A model generated the notes under the pieces. The model did no database searches, had not been told where the DNA came from, and was given only the letters and a program-made list of their open reading frames with translations. The position numbers and the translations under genes were made by a program. DNA of 64,000 nt, from assembly GCA_012295275.1 (NCBI GenBank), contig CM022676.1, forward strand, positions 13,392,001 to 13,456,000, read 5' to 3'. Shown here one piece after another: positions 27,461 through 40,400 of this stretch (its first letter is position 1; every line of letters starts with the position of its first letter). This DNA comes from Chrysomallon squamiferum (Eukaryota; Animalia; Mollusca).

Positions 27461-30400
27461 AGACGCTTCATAGAAGAAAGAGCGCTCGAGTAATAACGTG
27501 ACGCAGTATGTTAAGAGAGATGAAGCACAACATGTTTACTCGAAAGAAACAAGGTTAGTCACAGTGTACTCATTGGCGCTGGTGAGATATTTACTTGTTT
27601 CTGTCATCATTTTAAAGTAAAGTCCAAGTAACTTGCTTAAATCACAAACTAAACAATCCATGAAGCCTTTACAGAAATTTTAGACCTATAATCATCGTTC
27701 TGCATAAAGCTAGAGCACATTTCTTGAAGAGAGCATTCTTAGCACGCAGAAGTACCACGGAACCTCGTTTTTAAGCCTGCATTTTTTGTTTAGTTTTGCT
27801 AATTACTGTTTAGGACATACATATACTGAAACTGCCATCTGAAATCTCACCATTGAGCATTTTGTGCTAAATCTGTTTTCCTTACATCTTCTTAACTAGA
27901 TCAGATAGAAACATGAATGAAAGTTTGTTTTATATGTTTTCAGGAAAAAAGAATTTAATGCAGTTATGTTTCCCTCCAAGAAACACAAAGAAATCAAGAT
28001 GGCACCCATAAAAACATCACGATATATCTGTTTTAACTAAAGTTTAATTCCTACTGGCCTTTAAATGTTATCACGTTAGCTATTGGTATAATACATGATA
28101 GCTAAATAATAAATAATTATCTGTTGATATGTATTGCATTTGTTGTTGTTTCAATTACTGTAAACATGTATGTATTCAAGATGGCTTTTGACTGTTTTTA
28201 CTTGTCTTCTAAATTTATTTTGCGATTTCCTTGAATTAAAGTAATTTGAGGAAAAACATTTTTGTCAGCAGTTCCTTTATCTATCTGTGTGTGTGTGTTT
28301 TTGTGTTTTATTTTCTATTTTTTATTATTATTTTATTTTTATTTTAGGTCAGTACACCCTTACAAAATCTGAAAAATATGTTTTTCCTGGATCATCAATC
28401 ACTTTTACGTGTAACGCTGGAACAGTTGTTAATTCAGTACTGTGGATAACACCAGGATTAATTTTCCCTGTGAGCCAAGGATCAGGAACCAGCTGTACAG
28501 GAACTCCTCCACCTGACTACCAGTATTCATGTTCTGGAGGAACTGTTTTCAGTTTGACTATAAACAACATCAACTTCTGTTATAATGGAACTGAGTGGAA
28601 ATGTGGTCCACCATTTGGAGGAACTCCAAGTAATACTGAATGTATAGAAGTCCATGGTAAAAAAAAGTATTTACATTTGTCGCTATACTGAGTTTGATTT
28701 ATGACGTTGGTGGCTGTGGACTAAAATCACTAAATCTCATTCAAAACCAGATCTGATTGTAAATATTAACATTTAGCTGTGTCCGATCTGCAGTCCTCTT
28801 CCACAAAAACGAAATCAGAATAAATTTATTTCAAGTCTACAATGATTAAACTTTTTTAAAAATAAAACAGTTTTCAAAATATGTATCATAAAAAAAAATG
28901 ACCAGTCAGAATAGTCAGATTGTGTTGTGAGGATGATCTTGAAATATGCATAATGGCCATGCTTAAATTTCCAAATTTTAAAAATTTGTAATAAATAGAA
29001 AACATAATTTTTGTATTAGTCCTTTTAATATAAAAAAAAACAAATCTAAATGAAATTTTATAAATTGATATAATCCTGAATGCCTAAACTGTTAGCAATA
29101 AAGCATGGACATAAAACACATACATCAAATAGTGTAAGATAACTTTTCTTAAAATGTGCTAAAGTTTCAAACTCCACATTTGTTGCTGTTAACGATGAGG
29201 TGCTGATCTCCAGAAAATTCATAAATGTTTTGATGGTAAAAATGTTTTTTTTTTTTTTCTTAGGGATAAGAAAACTTGATCAATATTTTAATACATCCAC
29301 TTATTCTTTGACCAGCCCCTCAAGAACAGTGCATTTAAAAAAATACGTTCTGTTTTGTATAAATCTTGAGCCACAATGTATATTTAAAATCTTGTTTGTT
29401 AATGATACAAAGACACCAACATAATTATGTGTCTGATAGTAGACTTATAAACTTTGCATAAATATGGTGTTTTTAATATTAATATTAACAATGTGTTTCA
29501 TATTACTAATAAAATAAGTAAATATATTTAAAACATAAATAAATAAATTGATAACTTCTTACAATTTGTGCGTTCTTCCATTTAGGAGTAAATAGTAAAG
29601 ATTTGTGGTTATTAAATTACAGGATTTCTATTTTTATTAATTCATTTTTCATTTTAAAGTTCCTTTGGAGAAAGTTTCTATAACAAGGGATTCACCCTCA
29701 GTAAAGCCAGGAATTCTTACAGAGATTAACTGTTCAACTAACCCTTGTTATCCAGAAGCTGTAATCACATGGACTTTAGATGGTACAAAGATAACGGACG
29801 GCATTACCAGCTCCACTGAGTTCATTAATTGCTCTGGTATTGTAACAACAAGCCATTTAAATGAAAAATTTAATATAGAAGATAATGGGAAAAGATTGGT
29901 TTGTTCAGCTACTAATGGTGATTATCACGTGTCATCTAGCATCACTTTTGATAACCAAGGTAGGTTTCATTTATATTAATACATACTAAACTAGCACAAA
30001 TTATTAATATTATTATTATGTTAAAGTGGACACACACACACACACGCACACACACGCACACACACACAGACGCACACACACACACACACGTGCGCTCTGA
30101 GTAACTTGGTTCAGAATTCAATACAGATAAAATAACATGTTTCTTCAGGTTACATGTGTGTGTGTGTATGTGTGTTTGTATATTCTTTATTATTTTTATT
30201 TATTTGTTTGTTTTACCTATATCCTATCAGTAGGCCTTTTTGGTGTTCATTAATTACGTTTGATTGTGAAAGACTAATCAGTTAATGTGATACACTTCTT
30301 TAATTGGTAAAGCAAGACATTGTTTTCTTATTACAACACATTAATTATTGGCAAATAAGCTTTAGTTGTGGTGGATTATTAAACTAAGTAAGACACATTG

Positions 30401-33016
30401 GTATCACTAAAAGTGGCATTTAGTGTATGTTCAGAAAATGATTAGGTATAATGATTACATGATTTTCATTGAAATTGGTGCTTCACACTAATTTTATCAA
30501 AAGTGTTTATTAAAGATCCCTTTTCTCTGATAAGAATGAGTAACGGTATTACGGTGACAATGTGTTTCTATCTTATATCAACATAATTATAGAACTCTCA
30601 AATAATTGTTAATATCAAAATATTACAGATTTGATGAATAGTGCATATAGCAATCTTTCTTCTTTTCTTTTCTTTTTCTTCTTTTTCTTTCTCTTAGATT
30701 TAATTAGTATATTTCTTACTAGATGGTCCACTGAATCACCACCCTATAATAACAATTAACCGTTAAAAATATGTTTTGGTATCCCCATTATAATATCAAT
30801 AATATCCAAATGAACCTCTAAAGTAGGTCACCAACTATGGGACAAGCTCAAATTTTGAAATTTCAATTTTATTTTGTTATCTATTAGGACATTTTCCAAA
30901 TTCAGATGGAAACTAACCATTTAAATGCACACGTGTTCAGCCATATAGAAAAATAGTGAAACTGAAACAAAATAATGTTATTGTTGAGATAATACACTTT
31001 TTTAAAGTCAGCTTTTGTAAACATTAGAAATAATAAGAAGAAAGTTATAAAAAAGTCAGAACAAATATACAATATAATCGTTTCGACACATAAGGAATTT
31101 GCATGGAGAAGATAGTAACAGGTTAAAGGAATAATGTGTAATTTAAACTAAAAAAAAAATGAAAGAAGGAATCATGTACAACAATAAAGATGTTCTTGAA
31201 TTAATCAATGTCTGATTAAGATGTCTTTTCAATACGATTCCATCTCTTATTGTAATTCTTTATGTTGCTATTCAAAAGGGTAATTTGATGTAAAATGTGT
31301 TTGTGTAGCGCAGTGTGATTGAAAACTATTGAAAACAAATAACCAATATGTCTCTTATGTGATAGATGAAATGATAGTTTAGCAACAATAAGATTAAGCG
31401 TTGAGCTGTTCACTTAAGTCTAGTCTACATATATAGCTAACAAAACAAGATTATATTTCACAGTAACATTTTGTATATTCATAACTAAACTGACTGTAAT
31501 AGAACTGTAAAGCTTTCAAACATGGAAACAGAGGTCAGAGGAAATACTTTTATACTCACCGAGGCTAAACTGTAGTTATTTTAATCTTTTAAAGCAGCTT
31601 TAGACTTGTATTACTAAGAAGCAGCTAAATATGTCATAGCATTAATATTAATTTTATGACTACAACAAGCCTGCCTGAACACATGTATGAAAGGAATATA
31701 TGGCTAAACATTACCCACATCCATGAATGTTTCACAAACATTTAGGAAAACTGACTTGTATCATAAGGCTAATTTAAATGTTATTTTGTACTTAGTACCT
31801 AAAAAAAATGTGTCAAAGTTCAAGTTTTTTATAGTTTACTGTAATAACAAAATAATGATTTTTATGTTAGATGGGATTAAACATGACAATGTCCCACATA
31901 ACAGTATGTAAAACACTACTCAAGTGACAGTTATTGAACTAACACACACACACACGCACACACACACACACACACACATACACACAATTCTCAGAAAAAA
32001 GACCACATATCTACAAAGTACAAAAGTAGTAATATATATACATACATACATATAATGGACACTGGAAAAAAACGGATTACCGTCTACACCAGCCATGATT
32101 TTGGTCCCGAATTTACGTGCATACATTACGTTATTAAAACTTTTAATAAACCGAATCCTGCATACGGTTTGTCGAAGGTAATTAACCATACACACATACA
32201 ATTACCTGTTAATATAATAATATTATCATAGTTTTTCATGTCCATTTTCAAACTAGAATTTATCTGAAGAAATATGTCCATTTTCAATACCAATACCGAT
32301 ACCAGTATTATTAGTAGGGAGCTGTGTTACTTTTAATTTGTTTGTTAGCACATCCATAAATCCACGAGACGGTAACAAGCTTTGCCGTAACACCATAGTG
32401 AAGAAACTGAAAAGTGATTATTGGTGTAATACGCTAAGAAGTCCGACCAAACTGATAAATACAAGTTGACACCAAACAACGACTACTTACCAGATAGCCA
32501 AAATGTCTGAACTGAGATCTGGCCGTAACGTACCGGGAGAAACTGGGTATTCCTGTTTCCGTTAGGGGGCCAGATAAGCTACCCGGCTTACGGTTTGTCG
32601 AAGTTAATTAACCAGTAACGTGAGTTTTGGGGGATGAAAACCGATCCGGTATGCATAATATACAGGATTCGGTTTAATAAAAGTTTTAATAACGAAGTGT
32701 ATGCGCGTAAATTTGGGACCAAAATCATGGCTGGTGTAGACGGTAATCCGGTTTTTTCCAGTTTCCACTGTATGTATGTATGTATATTATTAATTTTGTA
32801 CTTTGTAGATATGTGGGGGGTTTTCTGGGAATTTTGTGTTCGTGTGTGTGTTTTTATAAAATCAGCTTACTTTTTCATTGATTTTCCAATTTACTGATAG
32901 TTTTCCTAAGTTATAAAAAATTTGATTCGTTCTGATTCTTTTCTAATATTTTTGTTCCAATCTGTTATAACAGAATTGACAACAAGAGAAACAACAAAGT
33001 CAATCAGTAAGTGTTA

Positions 33017-33060
<44 letters not shown>

Positions 33061-34081
33061 TCTACAAGTTAACTATATACATATCTTCTTTTTATATAAT
33101 TCACTATGTCCTATTTGTTAATGTTAACTTTATTATATTTCTTAATATTCGTTTTATTACGTTGATATGTTAGATTTCATTCTGTACCAGTGCATGTGTA
33201 TATATATGTGAGCAGCCTGTGTGTATGTCTGTGTACACGTATATAAATGTCTGAATATGTGGTTGTATTTTTGCACGTGTGCCTCTAGATCTCTTTGTAC
33301 ATATGTACATTTATTGATTTATTTGTTTATTTATTTATTTGTTTGTTTGTTTGCTTTTTTTTTTTTTTTTTTTTTTAATATAATATAAAACAAGCAGGTT
33401 CTCTTCAATTTCAGTGCAATCATATCAAAGTGATCATCGAAATCATTTCAGTCATGTCTATATTACTTTCATTGTCATTCTTTCTGCTGGCTTGAATCTA
33501 ATCTGATTTTTCAACTAATATAAGTAATTGTCTTAACAAACAAAAATGTATGTTACACATTATAAATAATATTTTTATATTAATAGATTAATGTTTTATA
33601 ATAATAAGATGTAACTCTTTATATTTAATTAGTAATTACAATTTTATAATATTGTTGCTTATATTTAATAATTAATCACTTATTCATGAAAAAATATATT
33701 ATAAATCTTCTTTAATTTTTAATAACAGTTCATGAAGAAAGAAATACTATTATGGTATTTAATTACAAAGTAGAGTTCTGAAAAAGCAAAATGTCATTGG
33801 TAACATTATTCAGTTTTCAGACGAAATAAATGTAATTACTTATTTTATTTATCTATGACAGTTTTAGAAGAAACATATGCTATATATTACAGCTTTAGTA
33901 GAACAAAGTGTTATATATATTATTTATCACTTACAGCTTTTGAAGAACAAAATGTTATTATATAGGTTATTTATCTATTACAGGTTTGGAAGAACAGAGT
34001 GGTTCTAGTTCAGCTGTAGGTTCTGTGACTGTCACTGTTGTGATAGTGATACTTGTTTTTTTTCTTAGAAGACGTGGATAA
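25631..34081 (+). CDS. IgSF gene B: leader-Ig-Ig-stalk-TM, tail-less receptor (264 aa) or recent pseudogene
   Basis: Exons 25631-25685 (MPFFGYLIISAVVNGYCLG), 28348-28656, 29660-29959, 32974-33006, 33984-34081 join in frame through phase-1 GT-AG introns. A decayed exon near 30723 must be skipped; TAA follows LRRRG. Confidence 0.6.
26565..26660 (+). pseudogene. Degenerate cassette with internal deletion
   Basis: ACAGCGCTGTACAATAATGCAAGACAA...CTAGATGCAG...ATATTTAGTTGTTTCTATCATGATT; positional paralogue of 36580-36728. Confidence 0.55.
27478..27627 (+). pseudogene. Disabled cassette (ATG>TTG, in-frame TAA)
   Basis: TTG-GCG-CTG-GTG-AGA-TAT-TTA-CTT-GTT-TCT-GTC-ATC-ATT-TTA-AAG-TAA at 27573, with degenerate promoter motif upstream. 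Confidence 0.7.
28348..28656 (+). CDS. Gene B N-terminal V-like Ig exon
   Basis: SITFTC...SVLW...FSLTINNI...NGTEWKC; ttttag|GT ... CATG|gtaaaa. Confidence 0.85.
29660..29959 (+). CDS. Gene B C2-type Ig exon
   Basis: INCSTNPCYPEAVITW...EDNGKRLVCSATN; AG/GT bounded, 300 nt. Confidence 0.85.
31975..32850. mobile_element. Foldback/transposon-like insertion with about 190-bp inverted repeats
   Basis: 31975-32161 is the reverse complement of 32662-32850. TACGGTTTGTCGAAG(G/T)TAATTAACCA is directly repeated at about 32163 and 32589; interior is CpG-rich. Confidence 0.55.
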
Positions 34082-34097
34082 TTTTCAAACAAATCTG
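33984..34097 (+). CDS. Gene B TM exon with stop after LRRRG
   Basis: LEEQSGSSSAVGSVTVTVVIVILVFFLRRRG*; gene C has FILRRRGY at the equivalent position. Confidence 0.65.
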
Positions 34098-35186
34098 GTA
34101 TCTCGTTAAACAATCTGCAAACTATGGTAAACTAAACAATAACAGTAATTCTCTTGTAGGTTATTTTCCTCCATTCTGAATCCCTCAGTGATAATAATCT
34201 ATACCTGAAGATTCTTACCTTTTAGCATAATGGCAAAAAACACAAAATATCCGATCTAATCTTTCACAAATATTACTTAAAAATATGTTGTAGTATTAGT
34301 ATTTGTTCTCATTTTATACCTTCGTACATGAACAAATAAAAGAAAATATTGAAGAGTTTTACTTTATTAGCAATGAAATGTTTGATATATTTGGCATACT
34401 CTTTTACAATTATGTTTTACGTTAATAAAATTCTTGTTCTGTCTCGTTAACGTTAATTTTATTTCTCTACATTTGTCATGAAAATAAATATTATGTTAAA
34501 TTTTAACTTATTTTCGCTTTTGTTTATATTATATTACAGTTCATTTGACTAGCCCTGACTAAACGTTTCAGACACTAGTATAAAAATTACCACTATTCTT
34601 CGAATAACTTAGGTCTGTATGTATTTGTATAATTCTGAATTGGGAGAAAAATGTCAGTTAAATTTACTGAATTTCTTCATAAAAATATTTACACGGTAAA
34701 ACAATAAAAATATTACTGTGGAAAAAATGTTTACTTTATACAGGCAATATACGATAATAAACATCAGCTTCTAAACGATCCTTGCTAATGTCATGAAGAA
34801 CTAGATTATTAAAAACATTTCAAATGCATCCAGTTGAGATTTTAGGGACAAACATTTTAAAAAGAATTAAAGAGTAAACATGATTATGGTTGCTAATTAG
34901 ACTTGCATTGTTAAGTTGTCACTCTGTCCAAACTAAAGAAGATAAAACATTTTCAATCTTCTTAAAATCGGCCTTGACCTACAACGTTCAAGTAAACAAA
35001 ATCACAGATTCACACACAGACACATATGCAGTACAAATATCTTGGTTCTAATGTTACGATATGAGTAAATATACATTTTTGCACGAAATATGTATTTTAT
35101 ACATTATTATCAATGTCATATAAAAACAGAATACAGTTTACATGGGAAAACATGGGATTTTTTGTTGTTTCGCTCTAGGAGACTAA

Positions 35187-35241
35187 ATGACGGGATCCAC
35201 GTACTTTGTAGTTTCAGTCATAATTGTCAAGATTGTTTCAG
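35187..35241 (+). CDS. Divergent intact leader exon upstream of gene C
   Basis: MTGSTYFVVSVIIVKIVS-G|GTAATA, 55 nt, phase 1. Lacks the cassette promoter but is preceded by a pyrimidine tract and AG at 35178. Confidence 0.5.
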
Positions 35242-35719
35242 GTAATAATATGTACAATCAAAACGTTATCAAAAAAGAAAAAGCCTCAGCAAATCGCAAT
35301 CTAAAAACAATAGTGCTTTTTATTATTTATTTATTTATTTATCGTCAAACAGATGGATCAGTTGTACATAACACAAAACAACTACACTGGTGTCTTACCA
35401 CTGCTTGACATAAAGAGTCAGTAAGAGCTGAATGTGACGCGAGTTTGAAATTATCCAGATTTTTTGTTCTTCTTTAGCTTCTTTTTTTTTCTTCTCGTTG
35501 TTGCTGTGTTGTTGTTTATTTATTCATTTATTTTAATTTAATTTAATTTATTTATTTGTTCCTGCTCGTATTTGAAAGAGTTACATTTTAACTATTACAG
35601 TGGCAGACACTTCACTTCTTTCTGTCTACTTCCCTTACTGCGATAAACATGTTCGTATTTCACTCACTGGCTGAACGTTACAACGCCGAGACTAGCAGAC
35701 GCTTTACAGTTTGAGAGAG

Positions 35720-35815
35720 GTAGAGAGCTGTAGTAATAACGTGACACAGTAAGATGACCTAGATACAGTACAACTCGTGTACCCGGAAGAAACAAGTTTA
35801 AACACAACATTCACA
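35720..35815 (+). promoter_or_regulatory. Cassette promoter (near consensus)
   Basis: AGAGCTGTAGTAATAACGTGACACAGTAAGATGACCTAGATACAGTACAACTCGTGTACCCGGAAGAAACAAG. Confidence 0.7.
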
Positions 35816-35870
35816 ATGGCGTTAGTGGGATATTTGTTTGTTTCTGTTATGATTTGTACATACAGTCTGG
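35816..35870 (+). CDS. Intact leader exon (array C)
   Basis: MALVGYLFVSVMICTYSL-G|GTAAGT. Confidence 0.75.
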
Positions 35871-37030
35871 GTAAGTTATTGGAATTGTTAGATTAATAGT
35901 GTGACATCAATATATAATCGTAGCAACTTCAGCGGAATCTTTTCGAAATTTTTCGAGACTTTAAGCTATGAATAAGCTATGACGTTTTCGTGTGCTGATA
36001 ACGATACAAAACTAGAACAGTTTTTAATTCAATACTTTGATTTGTTGTAGCGTTCACTTAGTCAGTCTGTTGTCAAAACAACAAATGTAAAGAGATAAAA
36101 CTCTTCTCTGATGTATTTTCAACCTTTCCAAATTAACTTGAGATTAGAATTTTCTTGAAATATATTCTATAATTATAACAAAACACCAACTGTGTTCATT
36201 TTGATTTTCTGTTTGTATCAATGAATGTTTTTGACGCGCTAATTGCAGCAAAAGAAAATCTTCATTATAATGAAAGCTTCTGTTATATATCGTTCCGTCA
36301 TTTGTACACGTGCATGTGAATTTAATAATATTAAATTATTATACAGATATAAACACGTTACACTGAGCGCATATCATAAATATAAAATTTAATGTAAGTT
36401 TATTTATTAACAATGAAACAAATTAAATTTTATGCAATAAATAGAAACTTTCCAGATTAAGCGACTTCACCACAAATAAACAAATTTATTGTAAATGAAA
36501 TCTCGTAATTTTGTTTTGTTACTTGAGCAAAAGCAAATAATAAAATAAATAATATATGGAAAATTGTAGAAGTTTTTACACAATGACAACGCTGTAGTAG
36601 AAGTGCGACACAGTAAGTTAATCTAGATACAGTCTGTGTAGACAGAAGAAACAATCCAGTCACAGTACACACAATGCCGCTCTTAATATATTTATTTGTT
36701 TCTCTCATGATTGTTACATACAGTTTAGGTGAATTTTATACTATTATGATAATTTTTATTATTAGTTGCAATAGTAGCAGTACTTTGTTTTGATTTTTTC
36801 GATACGATTAAACAATGACATGATTACAATTGTAAAAAAAACACATTACACTCTAGTACGCACTTCTGCTGATGTCATAAGCAAGTTCTTATTTAACAGT
36901 TAATACTAGGCTAAACCAGAATAATTTTATACAACTGAGATAAAAGTTTATTAATATTTAGTTTCTTGGTGCCGTTTCTGCACAAATGCGTTTGAAAATA
37001 CCTCAGTTTTCTTAGGGCCCGTTCTGAAGT

Positions 37031-37067
<37 letters not shown>

Positions 37068-37400
37068 GCTACTACTACTACTACTAATAATAATAATGAA
37101 AATAATGAACATATCTTTGAAAATTCATAACTTCACTTCTGCTGGTATTACATTTACAAGGGATTAATTAGAGTCGCTAAATAAGAAATAAAGTTAATTA
37201 ACTATAAGAAAAAAGAAGACACTTTTACACAGTGAGAGAGCTGTAGTAATAACGTGACACTGTAAGTTGACCTAGATAGAGTACAACACGTGTACCCGGA
37301 GGAAACAAGTTTAGTCACAACATTCACAATGGCGCTGTTGAGATATTTACTTGATTCTTTCTTGACTATCAGATCATGTCTAGTTATTTTAAAAACAACG

Positions 37401-37470
<70 letters not shown>

Positions 37471-40400
37471 TAATTGTTCTTATTAATTTTTATTTTTTTT
37501 ATTTTTAATATTATTATTATTTTTTATATATATTCTTTAACTGATATATGTTAGATATTGCAGAGAGTGATGTGAATGTAAACGAGCCAAAGCTGAATTT
37601 CACTGACTTTTTAAAGACATTCTGAGAACCTGCGTGAATGTGGGAGTGAAGCAAATTTTAAACCTAAGGGAAAAAGACTGAATAAGGAAATATGTCCTGA
37701 ATGACATACATTATTATTTGAATCAAATTTCAAACATAAGTTTAATTTTTCCCACTAAACTAATTAAACACACTTCTTCCACCATAAGTTCAAACATTAT
37801 TTCCAAGCCATTGCGCCAATCGCAGAAAAATCAGATAAAAAGTTAATACTACTCAAGAAATAAATAATCACCACAACACTTGAGAAACTGGTCCGAAAAA
37901 TTTCACTTTTAATTTTTAATCTTTTTTAAAATTATTAAATTTTTTTTTTTTTTTTTTTGTTCGCATCAGAAATAAATAAACGGCTCAAAAACTTCAAAGA
38001 TTTTGTAATGATGGCCTCCAACACATAGTCTTAATTAAGATTATGCTAAGAAATGATGTCACTAAATAACTGCTCCGATATCATTTCAATGCAGATTGAA
38101 TCGCTTATAAACTGGGCACAATGAAAAGAGTTGATCTAGTTATCTGTAATACCTCGGCTGTGCACTTGAGTCAATAGGCGCTTTTCTACTCTCAAACCAA
38201 ACGCTATCAATAGAACATTGAATATCGAAACGTTCTCTAGATTTGCTATCAGAGTGGTAAACGTTTTTCTCGCTCTAACGGTAATCACACCAAAAGATTT
38301 CTTCCTGCTAATCCACAGAAATAGCCTGAATAGTGGCCACAGCGAAGTTCTTTTGCAAATCATCATTTAGAAAAAAATATATGTTTGACAACTAGTTTTT
38401 ATTTAATTTATTTATTTATTTTTATTTTTATTTATATATATATATTTTTAACGAAGCTGAGTTAAGGCATCATGTATCATTAATTAGTAATCCTATTGGT
38501 AATATCACCCATGAATAATTTTAATTTATGAAAACAACAATAATAGAAACGACTACGCAAAATCACATTCTACTGAAAACAGACGATGTTAAGATTTTGT
38601 CATTTTTTATTACGATGTTGTGAAATGCAGTGCTCTGCAGTGCTAGAGAAATGTACAGTGACAGTTTGAGATGGTGTAGTGTTACAACACACTGACACAC
38701 ACTGCTAAACTTAACATAGAGCAAAGCAAGGCAGTTAGAAACTAGGTCAGATTCCAGAAAATGTCAGTTTGGATCGTTTCTACAGTAATGTTATTCCAGA
38801 TAACGGGGATCTTCTCCCTGACTGTGAAAAGTATTTTAGGTAAAATATTTGTTTTCAATGTAGCCTCTTCTTTATTATCTGTTTGTTCTTTATGTTTTAT
38901 TATTATTTCCATTTATTCATTTTTCTTGTAGATGTGTTGTTTTAATATGTTGTTGAGAGCTAATGAGGTGGTATAATTAGACTAGATCTAAAAAGTTAAA
39001 AAAGAAAACTAGACGTTAGAACCTGGACTGGATATATTGATTTAGGAAAAATAAAGGACAACAGTGCACGTGACTGTCACAAGGTGACTGGTAGTGTAAA
39101 ACGATTCTCTCTCTTAATTAGCTCATTCAACTTTAACTGTTGATAGTATAACCGAATTAATCTAACTTTAGTGATTCTGATAAAACCAGGTAATTGTCCT
39201 CTTTTATATATATATATAAAATAACAATAATAATAATAATAAAATTAATATATATAGTAATTTTTTTCGCAACTTAGTTTTCTGCCCTAGACGAGATGTT
39301 TCACTTTCTCCGTTAGTAAGAAAGCCAGAATTTTCTTTCTTCCCTTTTCTTCTTTTGAGATGAGTTGTCTTTTATTGCTTCTTGCCCCTCCCCCCACTGC
39401 AGAGAAACAAATAAGTGTAACAAGTTAAAGTATGATGTAAAATGGACAGAAACATATATTAAAAGATAAAAAAAATAGTTTGTTTATTAATATATTTAAA
39501 ACATTTTAAAGAAATAGAAATAACTAAGAACAAGTTACATCAGTATAGAGAATTCAGTTTATTGTAGAAAATGTTTGGTAATTTATTTATTTTATCTAAT
39601 CTAAAGAAATAGATGAACAAATGAAATAAAGTGAATTAAATATATGAAAAAAGAAGACACTTATACACAGTGACAGCGCTGTAGTAATAACGTGACACAG
39701 TAAGTTAACCTAGATAGAGTACAACTCGTGTACCCGGAAGAAACAAGTTCAGTCACAACATTCACAATGGCGCTATTGGGATATTTACTTGTTTCTCTCT
39801 TGATTGTTACTATTAATTAATTAATTAATTATTTTTATTTGGAACATTAAAGCAGAATCCAAAGCCAGGATTGTATTAGAAACGCCACTTGCTTAGAAAA
39901 ACATGTACAAAACAAGGGTAAATACCATTATCGAATAGCGTACTGTTTTAAATTAAACGGGAAAAAATATTGTTATTTTTAAAGAAAACAACGATGCACT
40001 GGATTCGTGCTACACCGTTGCAGTCCACGAATATACGACTTTAAATATATAGTTAAGATCAAAACAGGTAAAACACTAGTAAAACAGTTACAGTGAAGAA
40101 AAACTGAATTTCAGTTATCAGCAACAAACATTTCATACCTGTACAGATTCTCATATATAGGAAAGCAAACACAATTGTCTTTGATAAAGCAAAGAGACCA
40201 TAGCAGCTAGGAGAAACAAAAACCAAAAGAATACCAAAAATACCAACAAAAACAAAAATAATAAATAAATAAATAAAGCAATATCATTTTCAGGTGAAAA
40301 ATGGGCAATTCAGATTTTGTTTTGTATTACGGTGTTCTACAGTGACAGCTATGATATGTCGTAATTTTACGACATATTTTTACTGCTTTCATGTTAAAGG

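Noticed and set aside
35720-35870. Cassette as SINE/MITE or CRISPR-like repeat
   Set aside because: No TIRs, TSDs, A/B boxes, poly-A tail or regular spacers seen; copies are co-oriented with genes and end at a splice donor. A genome-wide check is still needed.
38804-38820. NF-kB-like GGGGATCTTCTCCC (also near 51307 and 785)
   Set aside because: Does not fit the 10-bp GGGRNNYYCC spacing; too weak to call.
39666-39705. CACAGTG heptamer at the cassette 5' edge (also near 26566 and 37228), suggesting RAG-type recombination signals beside Ig genes
   Set aside because: No ACAAAAACC-like nonamer at 12 or 23 bp, and other copies have CACAATG or lack it.
40290-40360. Possible leader KWAIQILFCITVFYSDSY just upstream of gene C exon 40563
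   Set aside because: No in-frame ATG, the donor position reads ATATGT, and it resembles part of the repeated upstream module.
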